Origin: Chara braunii
Lineage: Eukaryota > Plantae > Charophyceae
Assembly: GCA_003427395.1 (NCBI GenBank)
Contig: BFEA01000004.1
Location: forward strand, 1,899,906 to 1,963,905
Reading direction: 5' to 3'
DNA length: 64,000 nt
Shown here in pieces: positions 49,984 through 62,078 of this stretch. Numbering within the stretch: position 1 is the first letter of the stretch; every line of letters begins with the position of its first letter. The notes below the pieces were generated by a model that searched no databases, was not told where the DNA came from, and saw only the letters and a list, made by a program, of their open reading frames with translations. The position numbers and the translations under genes were made by a program.

Positions 49984-50905
49984 TGGATCCGCTGGACCCC
50001 CTTCCTCAGGAGCAGGGGGACCAGCTGATCCGAAACATCGGACACTCACGTCATTGGCGAAGGCGGTCCAGCGGATCCGGACCCTTTGTCCCCTTTCCAG
50101 AGGACATGGGGATCCGGCGTTCCGGATACTCTGGACCCCCGCACCATTATGAAAGGGGGACCGACGGATCCGTAATACCGGCGCCCCGCATCATTGACGA
50201 AGGTGGTCCAAAGGATCCGGACCACGGGATCCGTAACATCGGCACCCCGCATCATTGACGAAGGCGGTCCAAAGGATCCAGACCACAGATCCCATTTCCT
50301 GATGACACGGGGGTCCGGCATTCCGGATCCGTTGGGCCCCTGCGCCATTAGGATAGGGTGACCGGCGGATCCGGAACGTTGGGCCCCCACGTTATTGACG
50401 AAGGCGGTCCAGCAGATTCGTACCGCAAGATCCAATTTCATGATGACGAGGGGGTTTGGCATTCCGGATCCGCTAGACCCCTGGGCCATTAAGATAGGGG
50501 GACCGGCGGATCCGGAACGTCGGGCCCTCGCGTCGTTGACAAAGGCCGTACAGCGGATCCGGACCGCGGGATCCCCTTTCCTGATGACGTGGGGGTCCGA
50601 CGTTCCGGATCCGTTGGACCCTTCGCCATTAGGATAGGGGGACCGGCGGATCCGGAACGTCAGGCCCCCACGTTGTTGACGAATGTAGTCGAGCGGATCC
50701 GGACCGTGGGATCCCCTTTCCTGATGACGCAGGGGTCCGGCGTTCTAGATCTGCTAGACCCCTGTTCCATTAGGATAGGGTGACCGGCAGATTCGGAACG
50801 CTGGACCCAAGAGCCATTAGGAAAGGGGGCTCGGTGGATCCGGAACGCCGGACCCTAGCGCCATTACAAAAAGGGGGTCTGGCCTTCCGGATCCGCTAGA
50901 CCCTT
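49984..50905. repeat. ~140-bp tandem array rich in GGATCC palindromic sub-motifs
   Basis: CCATTA(G/A)GATAGGG at 50345, 50486, 50626, 50767. Confidence 0.9.
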
Positions 50906-52379
50906 CGTTGGTCTTGTTCGTTTCATTGTGTCTGACTGACAAGGTGTTCTTCATGTTGCACAATCATGTTTGGTGATTGTTTTGTTCTTTGTTGTGTATC
51001 TCTTCAGGAAAAGTTGTTACTTCGACCTTCGTCTCTGATAACTGTGCGTACGGTAGACCTAAGATATACAACGACAAACTTTGAGCTCTTGATTGGGCTG
51101 GTGGTCTTCATAATCCGGGTCGTGGAGTCGTCGTCTTCTTGAGCGATGACAACGGTGGGAGTTGGTATTGCTGCGGAGGGGTTGAGAAATCTGAGGCGGG
51201 GAGGACTAACTACGACGGGAGGAAGTTTAGGACCTTCTTCCTTACGTCTATCTATGACAACACAGGGAAAAATTGGGTCAGGAAAGACAAGAAGGTCTCT
51301 CTTGACCTTCGGCACTTCCAAGTCTACTGTGTCAATACTTTCTCCATGAAAGCATTTGACGTGCGTGAAAACGACACAGAGTTCTGAATGCTGCCTTCGG
51401 AATAGTTCCTCTCCAAAACCAATGGCTACCGCGTTACTGGCTCTTTGCCCATCGTCAACAATGTTTTTCTGCTCGGCAGACCTTTGGTCCAGTTCAACAG
51501 CCCGACGGACCAACTGGTGTGTGTTGTTATGCGTTACAGATAACAGTTCTCGAAGCTGCTTGTTGCCCAACAAGTCGACTGTGCTTTCGTGCCTTTTGAG
51601 GCGGGTCCCAAACGACGCCAAGATCTGTCAGTCAGAATGGGTGCGAAGTGGAAACAGTTAACGATTGACCCTCCTCCACCAAATGCGTGTCCAGAGTCTT
51701 TCGGCTTCAGCCTCGCCCTCACAGCGGCAAGCTCAGAACTTGGCCGAGCACTCCAGCGAGGCTATAAAATACGACGACTATGTTATGCGCCGCCAGGCTA
51801 GTCCCCAAAATTGTTTCCAGGGAGGTACAAGTGTTGTCGATGAAGAGGAAGAGAAGGGTGAAGAGGGAGATCGTGGTGGTGAGGAGGATGACGAGGGCAA
51901 TGAAGGAGATGTGGATGGTGAAAACAACAACATAGACAACGACGAAGACGTTGGTGATGAAGAAGTCAAAGAGAATCGCTTCTCCCAATATGAGCACCGA
52001 CGCAAGGACAACAATGCACAAGAGTGACATGGTGATGTCGACTACGGCGTTGGTGATGCAAACGCCTTTGGTGGCCAGCTTGCAAACTCCCATAAAGTGT
52101 CGCAGTTGCATAACCAGACGAAGGGTGGGCGAGACACACAAGGCTCAAAGGGAAAGAGAAAGAGGGGAGAAATATCTCTCTCTCCTTCGAGTCAAAAGCA
52201 ACAAGCAAGGGTTGTCGCCGTCAATGAGGCTCGCGGAGCGTTGACTACATCCCAGGAAGTGCGGGCTCCTCGGAAAACTGGCGAGGGGGAGCTGAACTGC
52301 CAGTCATGGCGGCGGCCGTGTCGACGGAAAGAAAAATCGCAAAAGATGAGGTCACAAGAGTTGCAGGGTTCAGGGGAGT

Positions 52380-54480
52380 GGGGTTGCACCGATTGATCTG
52401 CATGACATTGTGGGCGGACACGAAAGGCGAATCATGCAGGCCGAATTTTTCGAAAGGGACCCTGCAGAGTTCAATTGGTATGCCGCTTGTGGTCAGCATA
52501 CCTCCGAGGCCAACAATTGGTAGCAAAGGGTTCCGCCGCTGTCAAAATCTATGGCCTCCGGGCGTACTCTAAAGTGTGAGTCCTTTACTTCGAAGATGAC
52601 CAAACTTTAGGGTACTTCAATGTTTCCGCCTTCGACAACACACGGGAGAATCACGCCATAATGTTGTCCTTCCAAGACGTGCGTGATATAAGGCAATGGT
52701 GGATCGATAACGAGAAAATCAAAGCCCCCAAAGCTAATGTCAATGACAAGAACGATGTTGTTGTTGCGCACCAGAAGAAGTGGCAAGACTTCATAAAGGC
52801 CTCAATGGGAAAGGCGTGAGACAAGGCGTTTGTGAAGTAGGTGATCAAGAACAAGTGCAGTAAGGACCGGAGTAATAAACTCTGGGGGTACATGAACCTC
52901 GCCAGATCAACCGACATTGTGTGGCGACTGGTGGAGAGGTTCTTCGCAATGCTCAAGGAGCGAAGACTGCTTATTTGGAATGGCAAGATCCCACTTGACA
53001 TGCCAAGGAGGATGGAGGGGTTTCTCCCAGGTGATAGCAATGAACGTCAAAGTCAAATATGTAGTGAGAGAGAAGTCGCGCTGCTCCTGCTCATGAAAGG
53101 GAAGGTGATAGCAATGAACGTCAAAGTCATGCCTCCAAAGGTGAATACAGAGTGCCTCCTCGATATCATGCGCAAAAAGAGATACGTGGTTCGCATGTTC
53201 AACTACGTTGTGTTCCGCGCCGAGGGAAGGGTGAATGAGGATTGGAACGACAATTTTTTCATGTCGTACAAGGACTTCGAAGAAATGTTGGGTCGAACGG
53301 GCTTTGCACAACAGAATGGGAGAAGGAACAAGAGAAGTTATAAAGCAACAAGGTGAAGATGGTTCCTCGACGACTTGGTGGAGTGAAAGAGGCGAGACAA
53401 AAAGTGGGTTTAGGACATACAGAAGCAATGTACAAGAAGACTCCGTTTCACTTCAAGGTCTTCATCTACACAGTCATTGAGAAGCTCAATATACTTTGAG
53501 CGGAGGTGAAATGAATTGCCTTTAGCGCACAACATCTTGCCTAGGACAAACTCGGTAGACAGACGATATTGCGTTCGATATACATGCGATCAACTAAAGT
53601 ATTGGCAGCGCCCGACGACATCGTCGCTTCCGCGCAGAAAATGGCATACAATGCTGTCATCGTAGATATCTCACCCACCAATTTGAGCACTCCATGGACC
53701 TTGGAGGACTTTGATGCGCTCCACAAAATGATGACTAAGTATTGTGGCCAGAATTGGGTCCTCTTCTTTTTTGCGCGCAGAAGATGCAAAGTAATGTCGT
53801 GCGTCACATATTTTGTTGGGAGGACGTCGAAGTCATCCCTGGGATCTGAAAACGATTTGATAGGCCCTCCAATAATGTGACAAAGTACGGTAACATCACA
53901 ACGACGATACGAAACATGATGGTCATTGTCATGCATGCGGATGGAGGGGATCTAAGCAAAGTTTTTGTCGCACCACGAGTTGGCAATGACTTCGCAGAAG
54001 TGCATGTCCGTGGAGAAGAAGTTTGGGAAGTGCCTCGGAAAACATGGTGGCATTGACGGCAACGAAAGTGTTATGTATTCCATGTGGAAGCGCGAACCTG
54101 GCAAGTTGCGTTCCTTATGTAGCTCGTTCATCGGAGCGGCGGAAGGTGTACTTTTGTTGGGAAGGGCACACGCAGGACTCGAGTGGAACTTCTTGCGTGC
54201 AAGCAACAATGTCATTGCATGTGACCAGTCAGCCAATGACATTGCGCACTTTATAAAGTTCGTCGACATACTCGTCAAGGAAGAGAGATTCGGTTGTGGA
54301 CTCGAGAAGCCACATTGCACACATCCCAACAACAGGGATATGTACCACAAGTTGAGACCCAAAAGACTTAAGTTGTGGGAACACCGTTCCACGATGCGCC
54401 CCAAGGACGTTTTGATGGGCATTACATCTATAAGAAAGCAAAGGCGACAGAGGCCCCTAAACATTATCATAGTGCTCTGA
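52380..54480 (+). pseudogene. Decayed gene with ParB/Srx-like motif and possible degenerate beta-class DNA MTase fold
   Basis: WYAACGQHTSEA at 52476-52511; AVIVDISP..W..WVLFFF; REPGKLRSLCSSFIGAAEGVLLLG..NVIACD; several frameshifts. Confidence 0.4.
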
Positions 54481-56689
54481 CCCCGGTGCCTTTAGGATTT
54501 TTGTTGCTCGTTGCAAGATCCTGAAGTTCGATTTTCACAAAGAGGAAATTAACATTCAAGGACTATGCAGAGTTCGCAAGAACATGTGAAAGGTTTAACA
54601 TGGTCGACAACGAGGAAGACTCCTCCGACTCCGGGCTCGATATGAGAATCGACAGTGATGCAACTAGCTGGCGTGGTCAAGGTGTTGTCGTGGAGCACGA
54701 CGGCAAGTATCCTGGACGTCGCATGACACAAGCACACGAAGATGGAACCACCCGATCAGAGGGATGCTCGAACCCGCCACCCGCATACAGTGTAGCCTCA
54801 ATGGTGGACCGGGTTGTATGTACGCCTATGGATGCAGAGACTGGAATGTGCCACGCAAATGAAGACGATGAGCTTAATATACTTGATGAGGCGACGAAGT
54901 CGGCACCAGGCTTGATATACTTGATTAGGCGACGAAGTCGGCACCAGGCGATTTAATTCCTCCCGACTTCTGTGTGCACCAAAGCACTATGTATTTCTTG
55001 GAGGACAAGCACGCCCGCATTAGTGAGGACAAGTAGGGTCATGATATCCTCCGGCATAATGGCATTTTTGAGTCATGCATCCAAGGTGGGAAGTGGAAGA
55101 TGACAGTGAAATACAAGACCAGTTGGAAGACAGTTGGCCGCATAGCGAAGGATATTCGGTCGAAAACGACGGAGCAACAATTCTATACCGCGTGCAGGTT
55201 GAGAACCCCGGGGAGAGTGATACCGCCATCAACCTAAAGGCGAATATTTGTTCCATGTCTTGCGAGTCACTCAACAGTTGGAGTACATTGGCAAGTTTTA
55301 CACTCTACGCACGAGCCCTTCTCGTGGATCAATAGACTGGAAGGTCAACCACACTGCGGATTTGAGGATCGAGCGCACGGAGGTGAACTCCCTAAAAGAT
55401 GTTGTGGTTGTGTCCGCGCTGGCTACAGGGAACACGAAGGGTGAGCAAAGGGAAGATGACGGGACCACGTCTGGCGTGAAGGCTCCATTGATTCCGGAGG
55501 TGGGAAAAATGTTCGCAGGCAAAATGTTCGCTATAGCCATCTCGGTCGCCACGGGAGATACATCAGAAGGTGTACATGTGTCAATCAACAAACCGTCATA
55601 TGTGAGTGTCATGTACGAGAGTCCCCTCATGACAGGCGCTGCAATGGAAGGCAGATCAGAGATGGAGTCCGAGTCCGCTGTTGGGATGAGCGTCACAAGA
55701 ATGTCGTTGCATTCGCCCTCATACACTAATAAAGGTGATGCACACTACACAACAACACCAAAGGGAGGGGCTGCATGGGATGGTGAGAAGGGCGGGAATG
55801 CAGAGGGGTCTCATCATTCTCGCAATCTTGAGAACATGACCACGAACGACGAGGATGGGGTCGAAGGTGGAAAGGGCGTGGTCGATTCCACACGTGTGGA
55901 ACATGAGGGGTGAGGCAGATAATTGACTCGAGGGAAATCCTCCTCGCAAGAATTGCAATGTTTTATTTGCTTGTTTGTATATAGTTGTGTTGTTTACTCA
56001 TCTGTTTTTATTTTATTTGAAACGCATTATCCGTGGGTCATTTAGTATATTGCAACTCATTGCATGAAATTCATTTATAAATATTTGACTTTACGTAAGT
56101 GTCTTGTTCGTTTTGTTTTTTTTTCGCTTTTTTTTTCCGATTTTTTTTCTTTTGTTAAAACTTGTTCAATATAAGTTTTTTGGATTTGCCCGCTTCGTTG
56201 TTTACAAAACATTGTGTGGTCAACATGAGTGAGTGGTAGTATGCATGTGTGTCTCTCTCTATTCGTCGAGAAGTGGCGGTGTGTATGTGCATGTATGCCT
56301 TGAGGTACCAAAGAGGGTAGGAGTTATGATTGATTGATTGAGTACATCAATGTTGTCTATGTAAGTGTAATATTAGAGAAATATTAATGATATATTTTGA
56401 ATACATCGTATCCCTTGATCATGTTATGGTGAGGCACTTGCCCATGTACAAGGATCTCACCCCTCTTTCCCCCCCTCCGTACCTCCCCCAACCGTCTTTT
56501 GCAACCCCGTCAATGTCGTCTTCATCGTGATTGTCGTGTGCAGTGCAAATTACAACAACGGATGCAAAAAAATGCATTAGAGGGTAGACAATGTGCCTCG
56601 CAACATTGTCCTTATCAGAGAAGGAGATGAAAGCATTGTCGCATATCATCTAGGAATACGGGAATAAGTTTCCAATGGCGAGCACACAC

Positions 56690-57350
56690 GATCATTGGAC
56701 GAACGAAGTATTGAAGCTCACTCGAGACAATTTCCTTTTACTGGTCGTCGAACGAAAGTGGTTAAATGACAACGTCGTCAATTTATATTTAAACCTCATC
56801 ACACCAGATAACTGGTGTAGAATCACGCAGAGAATGAAACCGTGATCAGAACAGAAAAAGGTCGCATTCCTAGAATATCGGTGGTGAGCTAATGTTTTTG
56901 TCGCATTCCTATAATATTGGTGATAAACTCATTTTTCTTTGTCTAACTTTTCGACAGCGAAATAAGGTATTGAGAGCGAGAGGTGCAGTATTGGTAAAAA
57001 AAACTCATAATAAGTGACATGGACTTGATCATTGCCCATTTCCATATCGCACACATGAACCACTAGATCCTCGTCGTGGTTGACTTCAGAAGGAGGAAAT
57101 TCGAATTTTACGACTCTGTTAACCCCGACATGGAATTGGCAAAAAAAGTGACTGGTGAGTTTGCGAAGTTTCTATTTGAAAGATCGATTGAGCAAGGCAA
57201 AGAGGTGGATACAAAACCCTTCAATTACATATGGAACGTAGAGGGCGTTCTAAACAACATGACACGAACGAATGTGGAGTTTTCATGCTCACATACGCAT
57301 CCCTCTTGACAAGGGGTCACCTTCCACCTTTCTCTTTCATCGCTGACACA
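56690..57350 (+). pseudogene. Ulp1/SENP (peptidase C48) remnant
   Basis: WLNDNVVNLYL; INSFFF; H*ILVVVDFRRRKFEFYDS (HW mutated to TAG); QHDTNECGVF in a shifted frame. Confidence 0.8.
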
Positions 57351-57619
57351 ATACGCCATCGATTGGTTTTTGACACAGTATGATTACATGCAAACGGATG
57401 TGGGTGACATGAAATTGTTTATCACAAAAACAGTGCATAGAAGATGGTAAACATTGCTCCGTACACCCAAACCTTGAATTTCAAATGTTTTTTTCACCCA
57501 AAATCACAATGAAAATAATAATTTCAATTTCGTTCAAAAAATATAAAATATTTGTTTTAACGAAATCGTTGTTGTAGAATTGGAGTGTTCTACATGTAGA
57601 TGATCGTTCAAATCTACAC

Positions 57620-58000
57620 GGTACTTATGGCGGGAGTGTCCAGCCTCCAAGCGGATCTTCAAATTGTGGGAACATCAGTGGAGGGAGTTCAGGGGTCATG
57701 GCGTGGAAGGGAGTGAGCAATGGGTGTTGCTGGGTTTTCTTTCCCCCAATGTAAGTGAATGCAGAGGGTGGGGCTACGTCGCGAATGTGGTCAGAGGCCT
57801 GATCTGTGAGATGATTGGATGAACAAAAATAGAGTAAGGTTTCGGCTGAAACCCTTCTCTGACTTGGAAACTAAAAGACTTATCAAACAGGGTTTAAAAC
57901 AGGCAAGCCGGTGGGACAGGTGGAGGATGGTCAAGGTCGGAAAATGGAGCAGACAACGGATGCGCTGGTTCGTGCACACCTAAACAAAAAATCATCAGCT
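57620..58000 (+). pseudogene. LINE ORF2 C-terminal remnant
   Basis: YLWRECPASKRIFKLWEHQW..WVLLGF resembles HIFLQCPASVLLWRSW..LLLGY. Confidence 0.5.
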
Positions 58001-58789
58001 GACAAATGTCTATCTCGATGGATTGAGAATATAGATAATCAAGGGGCTTCGGTTATGATTTAGTTTGAACGGTTAGTTTATGAAAAGACCAGGACACTCG
58101 ATCGCCTAACCTGGTAATAACAGAAAAATATTTTTTTTGTCTTAAAGTGTCTAGTTGGCAGGCTTGGTAGTTACCAGGACACTCAGTTCTCAAAGTCGCA
58201 GTGAGCCAATAGGAGAGTGTTACTAAAACGTGGACGATAGTTCTATGGGTCGCGTTAGTCCCAGACTAAACCAGTCAGTCCACACCAAAGCAGCTTTTAA
58301 GATATTAAAGCAGCAAGACATTTATAATATATAGAAAATTCAGTAACTGTTAACGACTAGCTTTAGAGGCCCAATTAGGGGGACATGTTCTGAGACTGAG
58401 AAAGTCGGTAGCAAAAACTTTTTGCAGGTCGTATGTATGTAAGCTAAGTTAGTTGATGTTGTCAGTACACCGGGTTGAATTGTGAGGTCCCCAGCCTCAA
58501 ATTGAACTATTAATGAAAAAAAAAAACAAGGTTATTATTATTTAAAAAAAACGATGAGCAAATACTGCTGCAATAATGAGGACATGCTAACCAAAAGGAT
58601 CTCGGACAAGAGGATGACACAGGAGTTGATGGCCAACGGGAAGCTAAAGAAACTTGCATACTCCATTGGCACAAGAGAAAAAGATAGGGGTTGCAATTGC
58701 TATTGTAGAAAGATTTTTTTTTTCGACAATTCTCATTCCACTTTTATGATTGTCGAACTTTAGAAATGTATTTTCAAAGTAATTTCTAA

Positions 58790-58843
58790 GGGACACTGGA
58801 CCCGTTTTCCAGCAGATGGAGCTCCCCACCTATATAAAGGAGC
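58790..58843 (+). repeat. LINE 3'-end structured motif copy
   Basis: GGGACACTGGACCCGTTTTCCAGCAGATGGAGCTCCCCACC..GGAGC. Confidence 0.7.
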
Positions 58844-58859
58844 CAAAACGGGAAAAAGG

Positions 58860-59232
58860 GGTGATGCAGCGTACCTCTGGCTTCCCTCCCCTAGAGCCAG
58901 AACTATCTGGCTATTTTGTATGTTCGGTTTATGGGACTAGGTTGTGGTCTGACCCCGCAGTCCATATATTCATTCAGCCCAGTCCACTCCTGTCAGGTAC
59001 CACTGTCAGTACCAGTCTAAACCAGTTCAGTCAATCCACTGCGGGTATATCCCAACTGCAGTTTGTTTTTCAGTTCATTTTTCACTTATACAGTTTGGAG
59101 TACGTGCGTGTTGAGTCTGCGTTGGAGTTAGGTTGTCCTTTTCAACTCCATCTCCATCTCCATCCCCATCATCCCTGTGTTTTGATCCTAATGGACCACC
59201 ATTCCGAGGGATCCGTCACACTGGTATCAGAG
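58860..59232 (+). mobile_element. Short LTR (~360 bp) followed by an iMet PBS, truncated element
   Basis: ..CGTCACA (59220) C TGGTATCAGAG (59222-59232); left end GGTGATG uncertain. Confidence 0.6.
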
Positions 59233-60398
59233 TGGGAACGGTCCTCGCTCCCACCCACCCCATCCTGCAAGCGTAGGAACAACAGAAAAATTCCTCACCC
59301 CCCCCCTCTCCCTTGTTAAAACGAAATTAATTTCTTCTCCATGTGCGTTTTTGACGCTCTAGCTACAATAGTGAAAGAGACGATGTGTAGTTTTCTGTTA
59401 GAAAGATAAGACTCTGGTTATACTAATTTTTCGCATCACAATCCCACAACAATGAAAAGAACTGATCACCAGACATCACTTGTGTCTACCACACAGCATT
59501 TTCTCGATCCAAGAGCAAATGATGTGAAAAACGTCGAGGGTCACTAATGTGGGCCACCCTGCTATCAACTGGTACCGTTTGTCACAAGAGATCAACGCAC
59601 TTGTAAACTCGAATATCAGGGACAAACCACCAACATTCAAAAGCAAGACATGTTAAAAACATGTTGAAAATATGTCGGCCGCACATTTGCAAGCGGTTGA
59701 AAACATGCGTTCACCCCGTCTAAACGAGTGGCCGCACCAATTCACACTCTTCATACGTTGGTGTCAACTTGTATGTAAGTTTAAACCATGATGAAAATTT
59801 TCCATAATTTTTATATTTAAAATGATGTAATCCCGATAGTGGGATTTTGGTCAATTTTCGTAACGAAAGGATAGGAAACAACGAAAATAAGGAGCAACGC
59901 CGAGTGACACACATGTTGCGAAAATGAAAAACGTTGTCATGGCGCGTGCGTGCAAACGCCACACGCTGTCCCACTGCACGGCCCCGCCCCACCCAGCCCG
60001 CCCTCGCTCCCGGATTATATTATATCAATATTTGAGAGTGTAACTATCAGGGTTTGAACTTGGGCAACCGTCAGGCATGCACATGCGTAGCCAATGGCTT
60101 AACACACTGGTCAAACTCNNNNNNNNNNNNNNNNNNNNNNNNNNNNNNNNNNNNNNNNNNNNNNNNNNNNNNNNNNNNNNNNNNNNNNNNNNNNNNNNNN
60201 NNNNNNNNNNNNNNNNNNNNNNNNNNNNNNNNNNNNNNNNNNNNNNNNNNNNNNNNNNNNNNNNNNNNNNNNNNNNNNNNNNNNNNNNNNNNNNNNNNNN
60301 NNNTGCGTAGCCAATGGCTTAACACACTGGTCAAACTCTATGCATGTCCTTTTAGAGTGGCACGTTGGTGTTGACGAGTGTCACGCCAACTATTTACC

Positions 60399-60436
60399 CT
60401 GTCTCTTATACACATCTAGATGTGTATAAGAGACAG
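60399..60436. other. Nextera mate-pair junction adapter (Tn5 mosaic ends), assembly artefact
   Basis: Exact CTGTCTCTTATACACATCT + AGATGTGTATAAGAGACAG. Confidence 0.98.
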
Positions 60437-60527
60437 CCCCTGTCTAAGGGGCTGCACTACAGTGTGATATGGGTGATTGATCAAGATTTTAGCACACCCA
60501 GATGATGATGATGATTATTTTTTGGGG

Positions 60528-60688
60528 GGGGTAACTACGCAGGAGTCACAAAATTGATTTATATTTGCAATACAAGCCAAGATACAGATTCGAATTGCAG
60601 TCCGGGCAATTTATACAACCCAGTTTTCTGGCAAGGTAGGGTGTCCGAACTGCATAACTTGTTTTTGTAACTCTACTGAAGTTATCGT
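60528..60688. mobile_element. MITE, same family as 1905-2099
   Basis: GGGGTAACTACGCAGGAGTCACAAAA ... TTTTGTAACTCTACTGAAGTTATC; shared GGGCAAT.TATACAACCCAG.TTTCTGGC core. Confidence 0.6.
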
Positions 60689-62038
60689 TTTTTTTTTCCC
60701 TAGTGCTACAGGGGCAGTTTGGCAGCAGTGAAGACTCTCTTAGCTAAGGGGTTTAAGATGAGGGTGGTTGATCAAGATCTCAATCAACCCTAGATTATTG
60801 TTATCATTATTTTTGTGCCACAACAACGGACCTTTAAGGCAAAAATCTTGTGGATCTTGGTGAACTTATCTGCCATTGGCCAACCAAGAGTCTGATATCA
60901 CTCCCTACTCACTAATTTACTCTCTCCCAACCCTTTTTTCTCTTTTCTCTAATCATCTTTTTCCAACTCTACCACTAATCTCTCACCCTACCTCACTCTA
61001 CCTCACTCTTCTCTCATTTTTTCTCCACTTCTTTACTCTTTTTCTCGCTGTTGTCTCATACCTCTCGCTCTCTACTCTCTTCCACCATCTTTTTCTCTCC
61101 TCTCCTCCTCACTCACTCACTCTCTTCCACTAATCTTTTATTATTCTCTCCACATGTCTCATTTTTTCCTCTCTCATTCTCTCATTCTCGCCTCCCCCTT
61201 TCTTCCTTCTACTATAACCCCATCATCCTACTCATCTACCATTTGCTATTTTCTCTGTTCCTTACCTCTCTTTCAATTTTCTCACCTCTCTTTCACCCCT
61301 TCCCCCCCCAACTTCGATTTTTTTTCTTTTTCTTATTTTCTCATTTTCTTTGATTTACCTTTTTTTTTTTTCAAAAATAAATTCGAATTATTTTTTCACC
61401 TCCTTTTTTTTTTGTTCTCCTGATTTAATATTATTATTTTGTAATATTCTTAAAATTATAATTTCTTTGCGGCACCCTCAAATCTGGTTACGACTTAGTC
61501 ATTCTTGCTTAGGCGCACACTTTGACTCCTTGGGGGTAATGAAGTGTTGCCGATTTTTATTTTTCTTTCTACTGAGTCTTTTTCCAACATATTTTAACCA
61601 TTTGGGGGTAGTAAAGTGCTGACAAAATCTTCTCATTTTACTTAGTCATTTCTTTGACGGCACACTTCGACCCCGTGGGGATAAGGAAATGCTGCCAAAA
61701 TCTTTGAAAAATACATTAGTTTTTTCTTCACTCTCTTTCACTTTTTTTTCCTGTAAATTTTTATTTGTGGTATTTTAAAAGTTAGTATGGTTCTCTTGGT
61801 TTTTCCTCTTCTCTTAGCATATCCTGACCCCATGGGAGGTGAGGAAATGTTGTGAAAAATTCCAAAAAAATAAATATTCCTTCTCTCTTCACATTTTGCT
61901 TATATCTTTAATTTTTTATTTTATTTTCTTTTATTTAAAAAACTTCACTATTTTTTTTTTCTCACCCCCCTCCATGGTTGTTACCCTTTCTCCTTGATAA
62001 TGTTGTCGCTACTCCACCCTAATCCCCCCAAAACTTGG

Positions 62039-62073
62039 TTAGGGTTTTCTTAGGGTTTTTTTAGGGTTTAGGG
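62039..62073 (+). repeat. Four degenerate T(n)AGGG telomere-like units
   Basis: TTAGGG at 62039, 62050, 62061, 62068. Confidence 0.6.
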
Positions 62074-62078
62074 TTTTT

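Noticed and set aside
49755-50783. ORFs across the GGATCC array
   Set aside because: By-products of a GC-rich tandem repeat.
60876-61622. Hydrophobic 'membrane protein' ORFs
   Set aside because: Pyrimidine-rich low-complexity sequence.
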